DNA of 41,845 nucleotides from Bacteroidota bacterium (GCA_009926145.1 RFPJ01000001.1:1-41845), one strand, 5' to 3'; numbered from the stretch's first letter, positions 18,783 to 29,161 are shown. Numbers and translations: made by a program. Notes: generated from the sequence alone by a model not told the origin.

Positions 18783-19487
18783 TTAATCAAAATAGGGTGC
18801 TAAAATTGGAACTATGGTCTGGGTCCAGATTTCATATCCGTGAGCATTCATATGTAAACTATCGGAGATAAATATATGGGGGAGAGGTCTCTGATTAGGG
18901 CCAATCATAGGGCTCCAAATGTCGATATACTCAAGTTGCTCATGCTGTTTGGTGTAGGCATCCATTAAACTATTTAGCTCATCATACTTCGATTTAAGAT
19001 GCCATCGTAAAGGGCTTGGCTTTGCTGCTAAAACAAATATGTTAGCGTTTGGAAGTTCATTCATCAGATTCGTGTAAAAAGCTTTGGCAATTTCGGTGAT
19101 TTCTACTGCCGATTCGGCACCTGTAACATCGTTATCTCCCTCATAAACCACGACGATATCAGGTTGGTATTTCGTAATGAGCTCAAATTGATAATGCGCC
19201 AGCTCCTTATAGGTAGACCCTCCAAAACCTGTATTCATGGTATTTAGCTCAGGCATATCCACTGAGAGGGTGCTCCATAGCCGAACGCTAGAACTACCCG
19301 TAAAAACAGCTAATTTTTTTTCGGTTTGAAAGGAAATGGTATCAAATTTTGCAACAATTTGATCAACCTCGGATTGAAAGCGGTTTAAATCCTGTGCAAA
19401 AAGTGTAGTGGTAGTAAAGACTATAAGTAGTGTTACTATTGGTATAAATATATGGTAATTAGCTCGAGATGTATAAGGTGAGTTCAT
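18783..19487 (-). CDS. Secreted SGNH/GDSL-family hydrolase (esterase)
   Basis: 234 aa with an N-terminal hydrophobic signal (IFIPIVTLLIVFTTTTLFAQ). Block I FTGSSSVRLW, block III YEGDNDV, block V DSLHMNAHGY. Confidence 0.75.
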   Translation of the reverse strand: MNSPYTSRANYHIFIPIVTLLIVFTTTTLFAQDLNRFQSEVDQIVAKFDTISFQTEKKLAVFTGSSSVRLWSTLSVDMPELNTMNTGFGGSTYKELAHYQFELITKYQPDIVVVYEGDNDVTGAESAVEITEIAKAFYTNLMNELPNANIFVLAAKPSPLRWHLKSKYDELNSLMDAYTKQHEQLEYIDIWSPMIGPNQRPLPHIFISDSLHMNAHGYEIWTQTIVPILAPYFD

Positions 19488-19521
19488 AGGTATGTATTTG
19501 GTTAGAACTCAAATTCATCAT

Positions 19522-20826
19522 TTATACATTCGATAACAAATATTCTTTGAAGCTATCAAAATCAGATGTCATTGAGATTTTAAACTCATGATCGGATTGT
19601 GCACTGATGTGTGAAGGCATTGGAACCGCATCTGGAATAACGGACTCTACAACCTCTTTGAATTTTATAGGATGAGCCGTTTCTAAAATGATGGAAAGAC
19701 CATTTTTGGGAACCAATTCACAGGCATTATAAGCGATAGCCCCATGTGGGTCTAGAAGGTATTTATGGGTTTTAAAAACCTCTTCGATAGCTTGTAAACA
19801 CTGTATATCGGTATAACTCTTCGATTGAATGACTTGTCTGATACTTTGGATATCATGAGAGAACAGATCTTGAATCCTACGTACGTTACTGGGGTCACCC
19901 ACATCCATTGCATTTGAGAGGGTAGCTACACTTGGTTGCGCGAAATAATTCCCAGACTCTAAATACTTAGGAAAACTATCATTGGAATTAGTAGCGGCAA
20001 TAAAGCCCTGTATATCTAAGCCCATTCTATGTGCAAATAGACCCGCTGTTATATTCCCATAATTCCCACTAGGCACAGTAAAATAAGTAGGGCTTAGTTT
20101 GTGTTCGGGATAATTTCTCTGAATCTGTGAGATAGCCCAAAAATAGTACACCATTTGAGGCAAAAATCGAGCTACATTGATTGAGTTAGCTGAGGTCAAG
20201 GTTTTACTTTCTCGCAAATCTGTGTCGAGAAATGCTTGCTTAACGAGGTTTTGACAGTCATCAAATACACCATCAATTTCTATGGCTTGAATATTTTTAC
20301 CTAATGTCGTCATTTGTTTACGCTGAAAGTCACTGACCTTACCTTTGGGATATAAAACAACAACTTTCACATTAGGTACTTCAAAGAATCCATGCGCAAC
20401 CGCGCTACCGGTATCACCAGACGTAGCTACTAATACCGTAGTCTCGTTATTTTTTTCTGCTGCAAAATAGCCTAATGCACGGGCTAAGAAACGGGCTCCG
20501 ACGTCCTTAAACGCTAGAGTAGGGCCATGAAACAACTCAAGACTTAACACGTGATCATGTATAGGGGTTAGTGGAATCGGAAATGATAAAGTATCCAAGA
20601 CGATATCTTTTAGTGATTCAGCATCAATAGAACCCTCTACATACGGTTGCAGTACCGAGTAAGCGATATCCACTAGTGATTTTTGACCTAATTCATTAAA
20701 AAAGCCAGAAGGCAATTCTGGAATATGTTCTGGCATATAAAGCCCCTTAGCATCGGGTAATCCAAGGAAAACGGCTTCTTCAAAATTTGCTCTAACTTTT
20801 GGGTTAAACGTACTTCGATAAATCAT
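19522..20826 (-). CDS. thrC: Threonine synthase
   Basis: 434 aa. PLP-lysine region FHGPTLAFKDVGARF, plus ATSGDTGSA and VPSGNYGN. Confidence 0.95.
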   Translation of the reverse strand: MIYRSTFNPKVRANFEEAVFLGLPDAKGLYMPEHIPELPSGFFNELGQKSLVDIAYSVLQPYVEGSIDAESLKDIVLDTLSFPIPLTPIHDHVLSLELFHGPTLAFKDVGARFLARALGYFAAEKNNETTVLVATSGDTGSAVAHGFFEVPNVKVVVLYPKGKVSDFQRKQMTTLGKNIQAIEIDGVFDDCQNLVKQAFLDTDLRESKTLTSANSINVARFLPQMVYYFWAISQIQRNYPEHKLSPTYFTVPSGNYGNITAGLFAHRMGLDIQGFIAATNSNDSFPKYLESGNYFAQPSVATLSNAMDVGDPSNVRRIQDLFSHDIQSIRQVIQSKSYTDIQCLQAIEEVFKTHKYLLDPHGAIAYNACELVPKNGLSIILETAHPIKFKEVVESVIPDAVPMPSHISAQSDHEFKISMTSDFDSFKEYLLSNV

Positions 20827-20840
20827 GTGGTTAGAATTAA

Positions 20841-21770
20841 TTATAAGAGAATGGCACCGTCTGGATTTATTTTTGACACATAAACATCACAATCAAGCTG
20901 TTCATTTGAATACATGACTCTAAGTTCATCAGCAAGTTTATGAGCGGTATCTAAAGACTGAGAAAGCATAAACATAGAAGGGCCTGAACCTGATATATTA
21001 CATCCCAGTGCTCCATTTTTATGCGCCATTTCTTTCACCTGTTCATAGAGAGGGATGAGCATCGACCGGGTAGGTTCTGCGACTACATCTTTAAGGGAAT
21101 GACCGATTAGTTCGTAATTTTCTTGTGCCAATCCAGCAATTAAGCCACCTAGATTTGCCCACTGGGTAATAGCTGTTTTGAGTGGTATATGTTGTCTTAA
21201 GATGCGTTTTGAATCTGAGGTCTTAACTTCGATATGAGGGTGAACGACGGTAGCTACTAGGTCTTTAGGATAGTGTAATGGAATAATTCTAAGTGGGTCA
21301 TAACTTTGAATCAAGGTAAAACCACCTAGTAGGGAAGGGGCTACATTATCGGCGTGAGGTGTACCAGAAGCAAGTGATTCACCTTGCATAGCGAAAACAA
21401 CTAGTTCTGTTTTACTATAAGGGCGTCCTAACAATTCATTCACAGCCATAACAGCAGCAGCAGAAGAGGATGCACTTGAACCCATACCGCTTCCTGCTGA
21501 AACTTTCTTGACTAATTCGAATTCAAAACCATAATCTAACGTGTTGTTGTATGAATCCAGTAAAGCCTGTGCTGCAACGGTGCTAACGTTTTTTTTGCAA
21601 TCCAGAGGTAGATTATCCGCACCTTCGATATTTTTGATGTGCAAACCCAAATCATCGGTTTTTCGTACAGTGATCATATCTCCAATATCAGATAATGCAA
21701 ATCCTAAAACATCAAATCCACTACCAACATTGGCTACAGTGGCTGGAGCAAAAACTCTAATTTCATTCAT
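20841..21770 (-). CDS. thrB: Homoserine kinase
   Basis: 309 aa. Contains VFAPATVANVGSGFD and the GHMP-kinase motif GSGMGSSASS. Confidence 0.95.
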   Translation of the reverse strand: MNEIRVFAPATVANVGSGFDVLGFALSDIGDMITVRKTDDLGLHIKNIEGADNLPLDCKKNVSTVAAQALLDSYNNTLDYGFEFELVKKVSAGSGMGSSASSSAAAVMAVNELLGRPYSKTELVVFAMQGESLASGTPHADNVAPSLLGGFTLIQSYDPLRIIPLHYPKDLVATVVHPHIEVKTSDSKRILRQHIPLKTAITQWANLGGLIAGLAQENYELIGHSLKDVVAEPTRSMLIPLYEQVKEMAHKNGALGCNISGSGPSMFMLSQSLDTAHKLADELRVMYSNEQLDCDVYVSKINPDGAILL

Positions 21771-21781
21771 ATGTTACCCTG

Positions 21782-24241
21782 TTAGGCGTCTGTAATTCGA
21801 AGAATATCCGCGAATATACCCGATGCGGTCACCGCTGATCCTGCACCTGCACCTTGCACAATCAAGGGATGATCCGAATATCGTCTCGTATAGAAAAGGA
21901 CCACATTATCTTTGCCTTTTAAATTATAGAAGGGATGATCCGATTTGTAGGATTTAAGGCCAATTTCTGCGTTTCCACTTTGCTTGTCAAAACTAGCGAC
22001 AAATTTCAGTCTTTTCCCCTCATTATTAGCTGTATGATATAAGGCTTGAAAATGCTCTTCACTCTCCTCTAAACTTTGGTAGAGTTCCTCTATAGAGTTG
22101 GTTTGTAAACAATGTTCAGGCAGAAAAGAATCTTTATTTATATCCTCTAATTCGAGTTTATGTCCACTTTCTCTGGCTAAAATTAGAATTTTTCTTTGTA
22201 CATCAATCCCACTCAAATCAATTTTTGGGTCAGGCTCTGTATAACCTTCTTCTTTAGCCTGTTGAACTACTTTCCAAAAAGGTTCTGATGTGTCATAATT
22301 GTTAAATAAAAAATTGAGTGTTCCAGATAATACAGCTTCAATTTTTTCAACCTTATCTCCACTCTTTAACAAATCACCAGCCGTTGAAATTACTGGCAAT
22401 CCAGCACCAACATTGGTCTCGAAAAGAAATCGAGCGTGATATTTTGTGGCTGTTTTCTTAAGATGCAAGTAATGATTAAAATCAGATGAACAAGCTACTT
22501 TATTTGGAGTGACTATAGAAATACTCTGTTTAAGTATAGATTCGTAGTAGGTTGGAATGTCATAGGTTGCTGTACAATCCAAAAAGATACTATTACGTAA
22601 ATTCAACTCTACCATAGTATCGAAGAACCCTCGCATATCCATGTCTATGGTACTCGATTGTAAAGCACTATCCCAATCTTGTAGTGAAATGCCACTTTCG
22701 TTAAAGACCATTTTTCGTGAATTAGCCAAGCCACAAATTCTAAGGTCTATTTTTAACTCTTGTGATAAGAATTCTTGCTGTTGGGCAATTTGCTGAAGCA
22801 AGGTTTTACCCACATTTCCAGCACCCACCAAGAATAAATTGTATTTCTTAGTATCCGATAAGAAAAAGCTCTCATGCAACGTATTTAGAGCTTTTTTTAG
22901 ATTCTTTCGGTCAATAACTACCGATATATTTCGTTCAGTGGAACCTTGAGCTATGGCTTTAACATTTATCCCATTATGAGAGAGGGCATCAAATAGGGTT
23001 GAACTAATTCCTATCCGTTGTCGCATGCGGGTTCCAACCAATGCAATGATAGAAAGATCAAATTCAACATGAAGAGGATTTACTTTCCGGAGCCTTATTT
23101 CATTAGAAAATTCAGTTTCAATAGCATTTTTCGCAATTTCAGCATCATTTTTAGCAATACCTACGGTAATTGTATGCTCAGATGATGCTTGAGTAATCAT
23201 GATTACATTTATACTATGTCTACTGAGTACCGAAAATAAGCGGTATGAAAAATTTGGCACAGCTACCATACCTGAGCCCGATAGGGTACATAGAACAACT
23301 TCCTCAATACTGGAAATCCCTCTAACTGGGTAATCACTCTCACTACCATCCACAGTAATACAGGTTCCAGGATCTGCATAGGCAAAGGTGTTTTTAATCC
23401 AAACAGGTATTTTGGCATCAAGCACCGGTTGAATAGTAGGCGGATAGATAACTTTTGCCCCAAAATGGGAGAGTTCCATTGCTTCTTCATAGGAGAGATT
23501 ATCTATGGGGCGAGCGTTTCGAACCATTTTTGGGTTAGCAGTCATCATACCGCTAACATCCGTCCAAATTTGTAATTCCTCTGCCTCTATAGCTGAAGCT
23601 ATTAATGCAGCCGTATAATCAGATCCTCCTCTTCCTAAAGTTGTAATATGATTTTTACTGTTTGAAGATGCAACGAATCCTGGAAATACATAGACCAATT
23701 TATCTCCAGTAATTTCTTCCCTTAGCAGGGAATAGCTAAGCTCTGTATCTACAACCGCATTCCCAAATTGAGCATCTGTTTTGATGTAAGCTGTTGCATC
23801 GCAGAGTTGAACACCGTCTAAATGAGCACCCAGATAGGAGGCAATGATGGTAGAGGAGAGACGTTCACCAAAACTAAGCACCAAATCGGATGACCTAGGG
23901 GAGAGTTCACCCAATAAAAAAACACCTCTTAATACATCTTCTAAGTCATTTAGGAGAACTTTTGTCTGAGTAAGAATAGAACTTCTATGAGTAAGTGGAA
24001 TAAGTTGGTTGCACAATTGTATATGACGTTGCTCAATTTCTGCAAATAAATCTGTGTAGTGTACATTACCGGAGGCCGCTAGATGAGAGATGTCGACTAA
24101 CTGATTCGTCACCCCACCAAGAGCAGACACCACAACTACTTGGGGTACATTCTCTTGGTGAATGGATGCTACTATTTCTTTTACATGAGATAAACTTTCC
24201 GCCGTACCTACCGATGTACCGCCAAATTTAAGAACTTTCAT
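21782..24241 (-). CDS. thrA: Bifunctional aspartokinase / homoserine dehydrogenase
   Basis: 819 aa. Starts MKVLKFGGTSVG (aspartokinase N-terminus). ACT-like middle region. Rossmann motif LVGAGNVGKTLL, followed by a homoserine dehydrogenase C-terminal half. Confidence 0.95.
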   Translation of the reverse strand: MKVLKFGGTSVGTAESLSHVKEIVASIHQENVPQVVVVSALGGVTNQLVDISHLAASGNVHYTDLFAEIEQRHIQLCNQLIPLTHRSSILTQTKVLLNDLEDVLRGVFLLGELSPRSSDLVLSFGERLSSTIIASYLGAHLDGVQLCDATAYIKTDAQFGNAVVDTELSYSLLREEITGDKLVYVFPGFVASSNSKNHITTLGRGGSDYTAALIASAIEAEELQIWTDVSGMMTANPKMVRNARPIDNLSYEEAMELSHFGAKVIYPPTIQPVLDAKIPVWIKNTFAYADPGTCITVDGSESDYPVRGISSIEEVVLCTLSGSGMVAVPNFSYRLFSVLSRHSINVIMITQASSEHTITVGIAKNDAEIAKNAIETEFSNEIRLRKVNPLHVEFDLSIIALVGTRMRQRIGISSTLFDALSHNGINVKAIAQGSTERNISVVIDRKNLKKALNTLHESFFLSDTKKYNLFLVGAGNVGKTLLQQIAQQQEFLSQELKIDLRICGLANSRKMVFNESGISLQDWDSALQSSTIDMDMRGFFDTMVELNLRNSIFLDCTATYDIPTYYESILKQSISIVTPNKVACSSDFNHYLHLKKTATKYHARFLFETNVGAGLPVISTAGDLLKSGDKVEKIEAVLSGTLNFLFNNYDTSEPFWKVVQQAKEEGYTEPDPKIDLSGIDVQRKILILARESGHKLELEDINKDSFLPEHCLQTNSIEELYQSLEESEEHFQALYHTANNEGKRLKFVASFDKQSGNAEIGLKSYKSDHPFYNLKGKDNVVLFYTRRYSDHPLIVQGAGAGSAVTASGIFADILRITDA

Positions 24242-24304
24242 AACTTCGAATAATTGATGTGAGTATTGCGAAGGTACGCATAATAAAGCTGTGTAACCTA
24301 AAAA

Positions 24305-25090
24305 CTATACCCTTTTATTGAGTAAATATTCGATAGCCATTCGGTTGAATATGGTAGGCTTCTCAACATTGCATACATGCCCACAATTGGGGATAATTTG
24401 TAGAGTAGATTGCGCATGATGTTGAACAATAGTTCTTGCAGCAGGCAAAAACATATGATCTTGATCTCCCATGATGTACAGGAAGGGCACCGTAGTGTCT
24501 TTTTCTTTAAAGAATCGCAATAATGGATTGAGTCTTTTGGTTAAACCAAACCATCGTATAAATTCCTTTTGATATAATTTTTTGGCCTCATTAATGAACA
24601 AGTGTCTGGCTTTTTTGTGACGTTTCCTTGGCATTATAATCCAAGCAAATAGACGATACAACCACATGTAAGGGATAACTTTTTTGAAAAAATTGCCAAT
24701 CTGAACCAAAACCCTCGAGCGTATGTCTAAACGAGTAATAGCGCCACAAAGTATACCTGAATACATTCTCTCAGGGGACATTTCTGCAATTTGACGAATA
24801 ATGATAGTCCCAAGTGATACCCCTACAAAATGAGCCTTTTCAATAGATAGAGAATCTAAAACTGTTAACACATCTTGACTGATATTCTCAAAATTATACT
24901 CATTGTTATAGTATTGTTCAAAAAAATCCTTTGATTTACCGTGCCCTCTTAGATCTACAAGTAGTAGGTTAAAGTTATCCTGAAAGGCTTTGATTTGTTG
25001 AAACCATATAGATGAACTACCTCCAGCGCCATGAATAAATACTACCCATTCAGACTGATTATCTTTAACATACGTTTTATGATAGAGCAT
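24305..25090 (-). CDS. Alpha/beta-fold hydrolase
   Basis: The ORF track extends to 25228, but that N-terminal extension is low complexity and would overlap the divergent acyltransferase gene. ATG at 25090 gives MLYHKTYVKDNQSEWVVFIHGAGGSSSIW (oxyanion HG motif). Nucleophile elbow VGVSLGT. Late His in PNCGHV. Confidence 0.8.
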   Translation of the reverse strand: MLYHKTYVKDNQSEWVVFIHGAGGSSSIWFQQIKAFQDNFNLLLVDLRGHGKSKDFFEQYYNNEYNFENISQDVLTVLDSLSIEKAHFVGVSLGTIIIRQIAEMSPERMYSGILCGAITRLDIRSRVLVQIGNFFKKVIPYMWLYRLFAWIIMPRKRHKKARHLFINEAKKLYQKEFIRWFGLTKRLNPLLRFFKEKDTTVPFLYIMGDQDHMFLPAARTIVQHHAQSTLQIIPNCGHVCNVEKPTIFNRMAIEYLLNKRV

Positions 25091-25150
25091 TCGTGGCGAA
25101 TAAATTAGTAATTCAAAATATTGTGTTACTATTGTTACCTTATAATAGTA

Positions 25151-25158
25151 CAAAAATA
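25151..25158 (-). promoter_or_regulatory. Candidate -7 box (TATTTTTG) for the alpha/beta hydrolase gene
   Basis: The minus strand reads TATTTTTG, 60 nt upstream of ATG 25090. I found no matching -33 TTTG. Confidence 0.25.
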
Positions 25159-25178
25159 TACGAATTCTATAGCTAGCA

Positions 25179-25961
25179 GTGGAACTAATTCGATTAATCT
25201 TCAGGCTACCATTACTTCTCATTAGCACATTATTTCATGTGATTTTAATCGTGGCATTTTATCCTCTGCGATTTATCGGCAATAGTTATGCCTTTGTTGT
25301 AGGATATCTCACTCAGAGTTGGGGGCGCACGCTACTAGCGATAACAGGTGGTAAAATTACAATACAAGGAATCCCTCCAAAACCACCGTTTTTTTTGGTA
25401 TCCAATCACCTGAGTTATGCAGATATATGGGTTTTATTTACTTGTTTACGAGCTACATTTATAGCAAAACATGATTTAAAATACTGGCCGATCCTTGGTT
25501 TAGCTATGCGTCTAGGCGGAATTATCTTCATCAATAGAACGAATAAAACAGATATTCCTAGAGTGAATGAAATGATCGCACGAGAATTGACCCCCGCAAG
25601 AGGTCTTATTGTATTTCCAGAAGGAACCACCTCTAAAGGAACTGATTTGATTCCATATAATTCACCCTTATTCGAAATACCTGCCACATTGCTTGAACCT
25701 GTATATGCTGTAATTATCACCTATGCAAATAAAAAGGGTAGTGAACGATCACTAGACGGTAAATCCAATGTATGTTGGTGGGATGAGACGTCATTTTCTC
25801 AACACTTCTTAAATCTGATATCGAAACCCGGATATATTGCAACGGTTTCCTTCTCTGAGGTATCTTGGAAATCACGAAATCGTAAAGAATTGCGGAATGA
25901 TGTTTTTTCATGGTCCAGTGATCAGTACGCCCTAATGAAGAAAGACCACTTCAACCCGTAA
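25179..25961 (+). CDS. Lysophospholipid (1-acyl-sn-glycerol-3-phosphate-type) acyltransferase, PlsC family
   Basis: 260 aa with a GTG start and an N-terminal membrane segment. Acyltransferase motif I SNHLSYADI (H-x4-D) and motif III FPEGTTS. Confidence 0.8.
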   Translation: MELIRLIFRLPLLLISTLFHVILIVAFYPLRFIGNSYAFVVGYLTQSWGRTLLAITGGKITIQGIPPKPPFFLVSNHLSYADIWVLFTCLRATFIAKHDLKYWPILGLAMRLGGIIFINRTNKTDIPRVNEMIARELTPARGLIVFPEGTTSKGTDLIPYNSPLFEIPATLLEPVYAVIITYANKKGSERSLDGKSNVCWWDETSFSQHFLNLISKPGYIATVSFSEVSWKSRNRKELRNDVFSWSSDQYALMKKDHFNP

Positions 25962-25962
25962 A

Positions 25963-26436
25963 CTAATGGCGTTTTTGTTGGAAAAAATCTTTCAATAGAT
26001 ACTCCGAATCTGTTTCCAAAATGCCTTGAATCACATCGAAAGTATGATTCAAATGTCCATCATGATGTAAGTTATAAATAGAACCGCAGGCTCCATATGA
26101 GGCATCTGAGGCGGCAAATACTACTTTAGTAATTTTGGACAAAGCCAGTGCACCTGCACACATTGGACAGGGCTCAAGGGTAACATACATGGTTGCGTCC
26201 TTAAGATATTTTTGACCAATGGTTTGAATGGCAGAAGATATAGCTATCATCTCGGCATGTGCCGTAGGATCATTTAACTTTTGAACTTGATTATACCCTT
26301 TACCTATAATCTTTTTTTCATAAACAATTATAGCCCCAACTGGGACTTCATCTTCATCAAAAGCTACCTCTGCAAGTTGCAGGGCTTTTGCCATATATTG
26401 CTGGTGAATTTGCCAAATAGAATCATTGTTAATCAT
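25963..26436 (-). CDS. tadA: tRNA adenosine(34) deaminase
   Basis: CDA-fold zinc motifs HAEMIAI and PCPMCAGA. The ORF track starts at TTG 26445. ATG three codons downstream (26436) is the more likely start. Confidence 0.93.
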   Translation of the reverse strand: MINNDSIWQIHQQYMAKALQLAEVAFDEDEVPVGAIIVYEKKIIGKGYNQVQKLNDPTAHAEMIAISSAIQTIGQKYLKDATMYVTLEPCPMCAGALALSKITKVVFAASDASYGACGSIYNLHHDGHLNHTFDVIQGILETDSEYLLKDFFQQKRH

Positions 26437-26486
26437 AATTTTCAATATACTTATGTGCTTTTAATTTATTCACCTTTAATTTTACT

Positions 26487-27023
26487 ATGAGCACAAAGGA
26501 AGATCTAGCATATATTGAATCTAAAATCAGAAACATTCCTGATTTCCCTGAAAAAGGAATTCAATTTAAGGATATTACTACGCTGTTATCCGATGCGAAA
26601 GCCTTGCGTTTAACTACACAGCACCTATTCAATGGCATTGCCAATTCAAAACCAGACGTAATCGTTGGACTTGAGTCGCGTGGATTTTTGTTCGGAACTA
26701 ATTTAGCGGAAAAATTAGGAGTGAGTTTTGTCCCTGTTAGAAAATCCGGGAAATTACCTTACAAAACATTAGCGCAAGCCTATGGTTTGGAATATGGTAC
26801 AGATAAAATTGAAATACACGTCGATGCAATTTCAAAAGGAGATAGGGTAATTATTCACGACGATCTACTAGCAACTGGTGGAACGGCAAAAGCGGCTACT
26901 CAACTGGTTGAAGCGTTAGGGGCTAAGGTAATCGCCTATTCATTTATCATTGAATTGGACGCACTAGGTGGTAGAAAATCACTCCCAAGTGAATCAGAGA
27001 TATACAGCCTAATACACTACTAA
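26487..27023 (+). CDS. apt: Adenine phosphoribosyltransferase
   Basis: 178 aa. Contains PDFPEKGIQFKDIT and the PRPP-binding motif VIIHDDLLATGGTA. Confidence 0.95.
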   Translation: MSTKEDLAYIESKIRNIPDFPEKGIQFKDITTLLSDAKALRLTTQHLFNGIANSKPDVIVGLESRGFLFGTNLAEKLGVSFVPVRKSGKLPYKTLAQAYGLEYGTDKIEIHVDAISKGDRVIIHDDLLATGGTAKAATQLVEALGAKVIAYSFIIELDALGGRKSLPSESEIYSLIHY

Positions 27024-27025
27024 GG

Positions 27026-29152
27026 TTATACCAGATTCCACCACTTTCGAAAAAACCATTCAAATCCCAAAAATACGAGTACTAGTATAAACCAAAAGAT
27101 ATGCTGAACAGGGTACCAATAACTTTCTTTTTCTAGGGTTTTACCCTCTAGTTTCCCTTGTTCACTCAAATCGGCCCAGAAAGTATCCATCTTTGAGAAA
27201 TCGAAATATGTACCCTCAGAGTTGGTGGCAATTGTTTTTAATAAAGCCGTATTCTGTGTAGTCTCAATAAATTCCTTGTTAGAATCTTGGATTACAAACT
27301 CACCATCTTTTCTAACAATTTCCGCCCCATTCTTTCGAACGATTGCTTGATATCTGTACGTACCCTCCAAAGCTAAATCAAGACTCCCTGAATATTGTCC
27401 CTGTCCCTCTGGAATTAATTGAATATTGTTAATTGGGTTAGAATTTGAATCATCATTAGTATAGATAAGCACTTCTACAGAAGCATCATTATCTGGTTGA
27501 GACTGCTCATTTCTGAGACTTGCATCAAAATGGACTTCATCAAATATACTATAAGAGTTTCTTGATGTCGTAATCTCAAAAAGATCATTGTTAGGATCAT
27601 TAGCTAACCAAAATAGTAGATTTGTAAATAATTGATCCACATAGGCCCGCTCTTCTTCTCTTATACTCTGAGAGAATAAAAACCAATTCCAGGCAGAGAT
27701 ATATGCTTTTCGAATAGTATTATTTTCTTCTGCATATAGCACTGGAATTACCGATCCATTTCCAATATAACGAGCGTTTATAACAGGTCTCGCATAATCA
27801 ATATCAGAATTAAGAAGAGCCGTAAGTGAAGGATTAGTACCCGAAAGAGTCGTTAGATTATTAACAATTGGATTGTTTGAATTCTCGTATTGATGTTGAA
27901 TTTGTACATTACCAATACTAGTAAACAACCAGTTATCTGGTATTATATCAGAATTTAATAGAGGATTATTTGAGCTTGTTTCAGGACTAGGGATATGCAA
28001 GTATAAACTTGGGATCTCATCAGTTAAAAATGGTCTTATGTAGTCATTATTGTTGACATTCGTGGATAATACTCCATGCCAGATTATAATGTCTGGGCTA
28101 ATCAAAGGAGCAACATCTAATTCTTCAAGTATTTCACCATTGGCATTTAGAGTCCAAGTACTCAATTTCAACTGAGGATTCGTAGCTATTAATCGCCTAA
28201 TCATTCCAACATCTGGATGTATTTGAGAGGCTATATGTAAGATCTCTACGGTATTATCAATTACATTAATCGTTGTTGAAATTTCATTATTTATTGTAGT
28301 CCATTCACCACTCAAGGCTTCAACCCTAATGGTGTATTTTTGAAGCCCTAAATCATTCAAATCCAAAGAAACAGGTACAATTAGTGACTGTAAGGATGAT
28401 GAAAAAGTGATAGGTATCTTATTTATTTGTTCTTCAGAATCATTAAATACGACTAAGTTTGTGGACTGATTCTCAAATCCATTAGCTTGAATGAGAATCT
28501 CTAGCGAGTGAGTAGACTCATAATAACCTATGCTATTACGTTGAACCTCCGAAATTGAGATATCCCTGACGTTTGAAGTATCTCCCAAACCAATAACATA
28601 AAAGGGCATGTTCAATCCTTGAACCTCAAAACTTGGATCATTTCGGTCCGTTATAATTCCATCGGAAACAAGAATTACACCATCTTTTTGTTGATCTAGA
28701 GATGCAACCTGCTCAATAGCATCTAAAATCCGAGTATCGGCATCTCTAGTAACTAATGAGTCTGTTACAGAATGAGGCTTGAGAACACTTCCAAATCCAT
28801 AGCTCTCAAATTCTACATCTACAGGAGGTTTATAAAGAATATCTAGTATTTCATTATAACTATTCAAACCGTTATAACTTCCCTTAAGAAGGCTTGTGCT
28901 TTCAGATTTATCGAGAAGTACCAAAAATTGAGAAGAACGATTTTCCGTTGATCTAGTGAAAAATATTGGGTTGAGTAGGAGTATTAAAAGTAGGGTTAAG
29001 GCGGAAACCCTTAGTAAGCCAAGGAATATTTTTTGATTCCAATTTAATTCTTTGGTCTTGTAGTAAGACCAAAGGGTAATACCTATAAATACCACCCATA
29101 GAATAATCCAAATTCCTGGGGGTAATTCACGCTGAAATCCAACAAATTCCAT
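27026..29152 (-). CDS. Double-anchored membrane protein with an N-terminal two-TM hairpin, a vWA-like domain and a C-terminal TM helix (BatA-like relative)
   Basis: 708 aa. TM helices at IWIILWVVFIGITLWSY and ALTLLLILLLNPIFF. MIDAS-type D-x-S-x-S in VLLDKSESTS. The vWA end pattern is DGVILVSDGIITD. Long beta-rich Asn/Ser-rich middle. C-terminal anchor IFWFILVLVFLGFEWFFRKWW. Starts 9 nt after the MoxR stop. Confidence 0.6.
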   Translation of the reverse strand: MEFVGFQRELPPGIWIILWVVFIGITLWSYYKTKELNWNQKIFLGLLRVSALTLLLILLLNPIFFTRSTENRSSQFLVLLDKSESTSLLKGSYNGLNSYNEILDILYKPPVDVEFESYGFGSVLKPHSVTDSLVTRDADTRILDAIEQVASLDQQKDGVILVSDGIITDRNDPSFEVQGLNMPFYVIGLGDTSNVRDISISEVQRNSIGYYESTHSLEILIQANGFENQSTNLVVFNDSEEQINKIPITFSSSLQSLIVPVSLDLNDLGLQKYTIRVEALSGEWTTINNEISTTINVIDNTVEILHIASQIHPDVGMIRRLIATNPQLKLSTWTLNANGEILEELDVAPLISPDIIIWHGVLSTNVNNNDYIRPFLTDEIPSLYLHIPSPETSSNNPLLNSDIIPDNWLFTSIGNVQIQHQYENSNNPIVNNLTTLSGTNPSLTALLNSDIDYARPVINARYIGNGSVIPVLYAEENNTIRKAYISAWNWFLFSQSIREEERAYVDQLFTNLLFWLANDPNNDLFEITTSRNSYSIFDEVHFDASLRNEQSQPDNDASVEVLIYTNDDSNSNPINNIQLIPEGQGQYSGSLDLALEGTYRYQAIVRKNGAEIVRKDGEFVIQDSNKEFIETTQNTALLKTIATNSEGTYFDFSKMDTFWADLSEQGKLEGKTLEKESYWYPVQHIFWFILVLVFLGFEWFFRKWWNLV

Positions 29153-29161
29153 CGTTACTAA

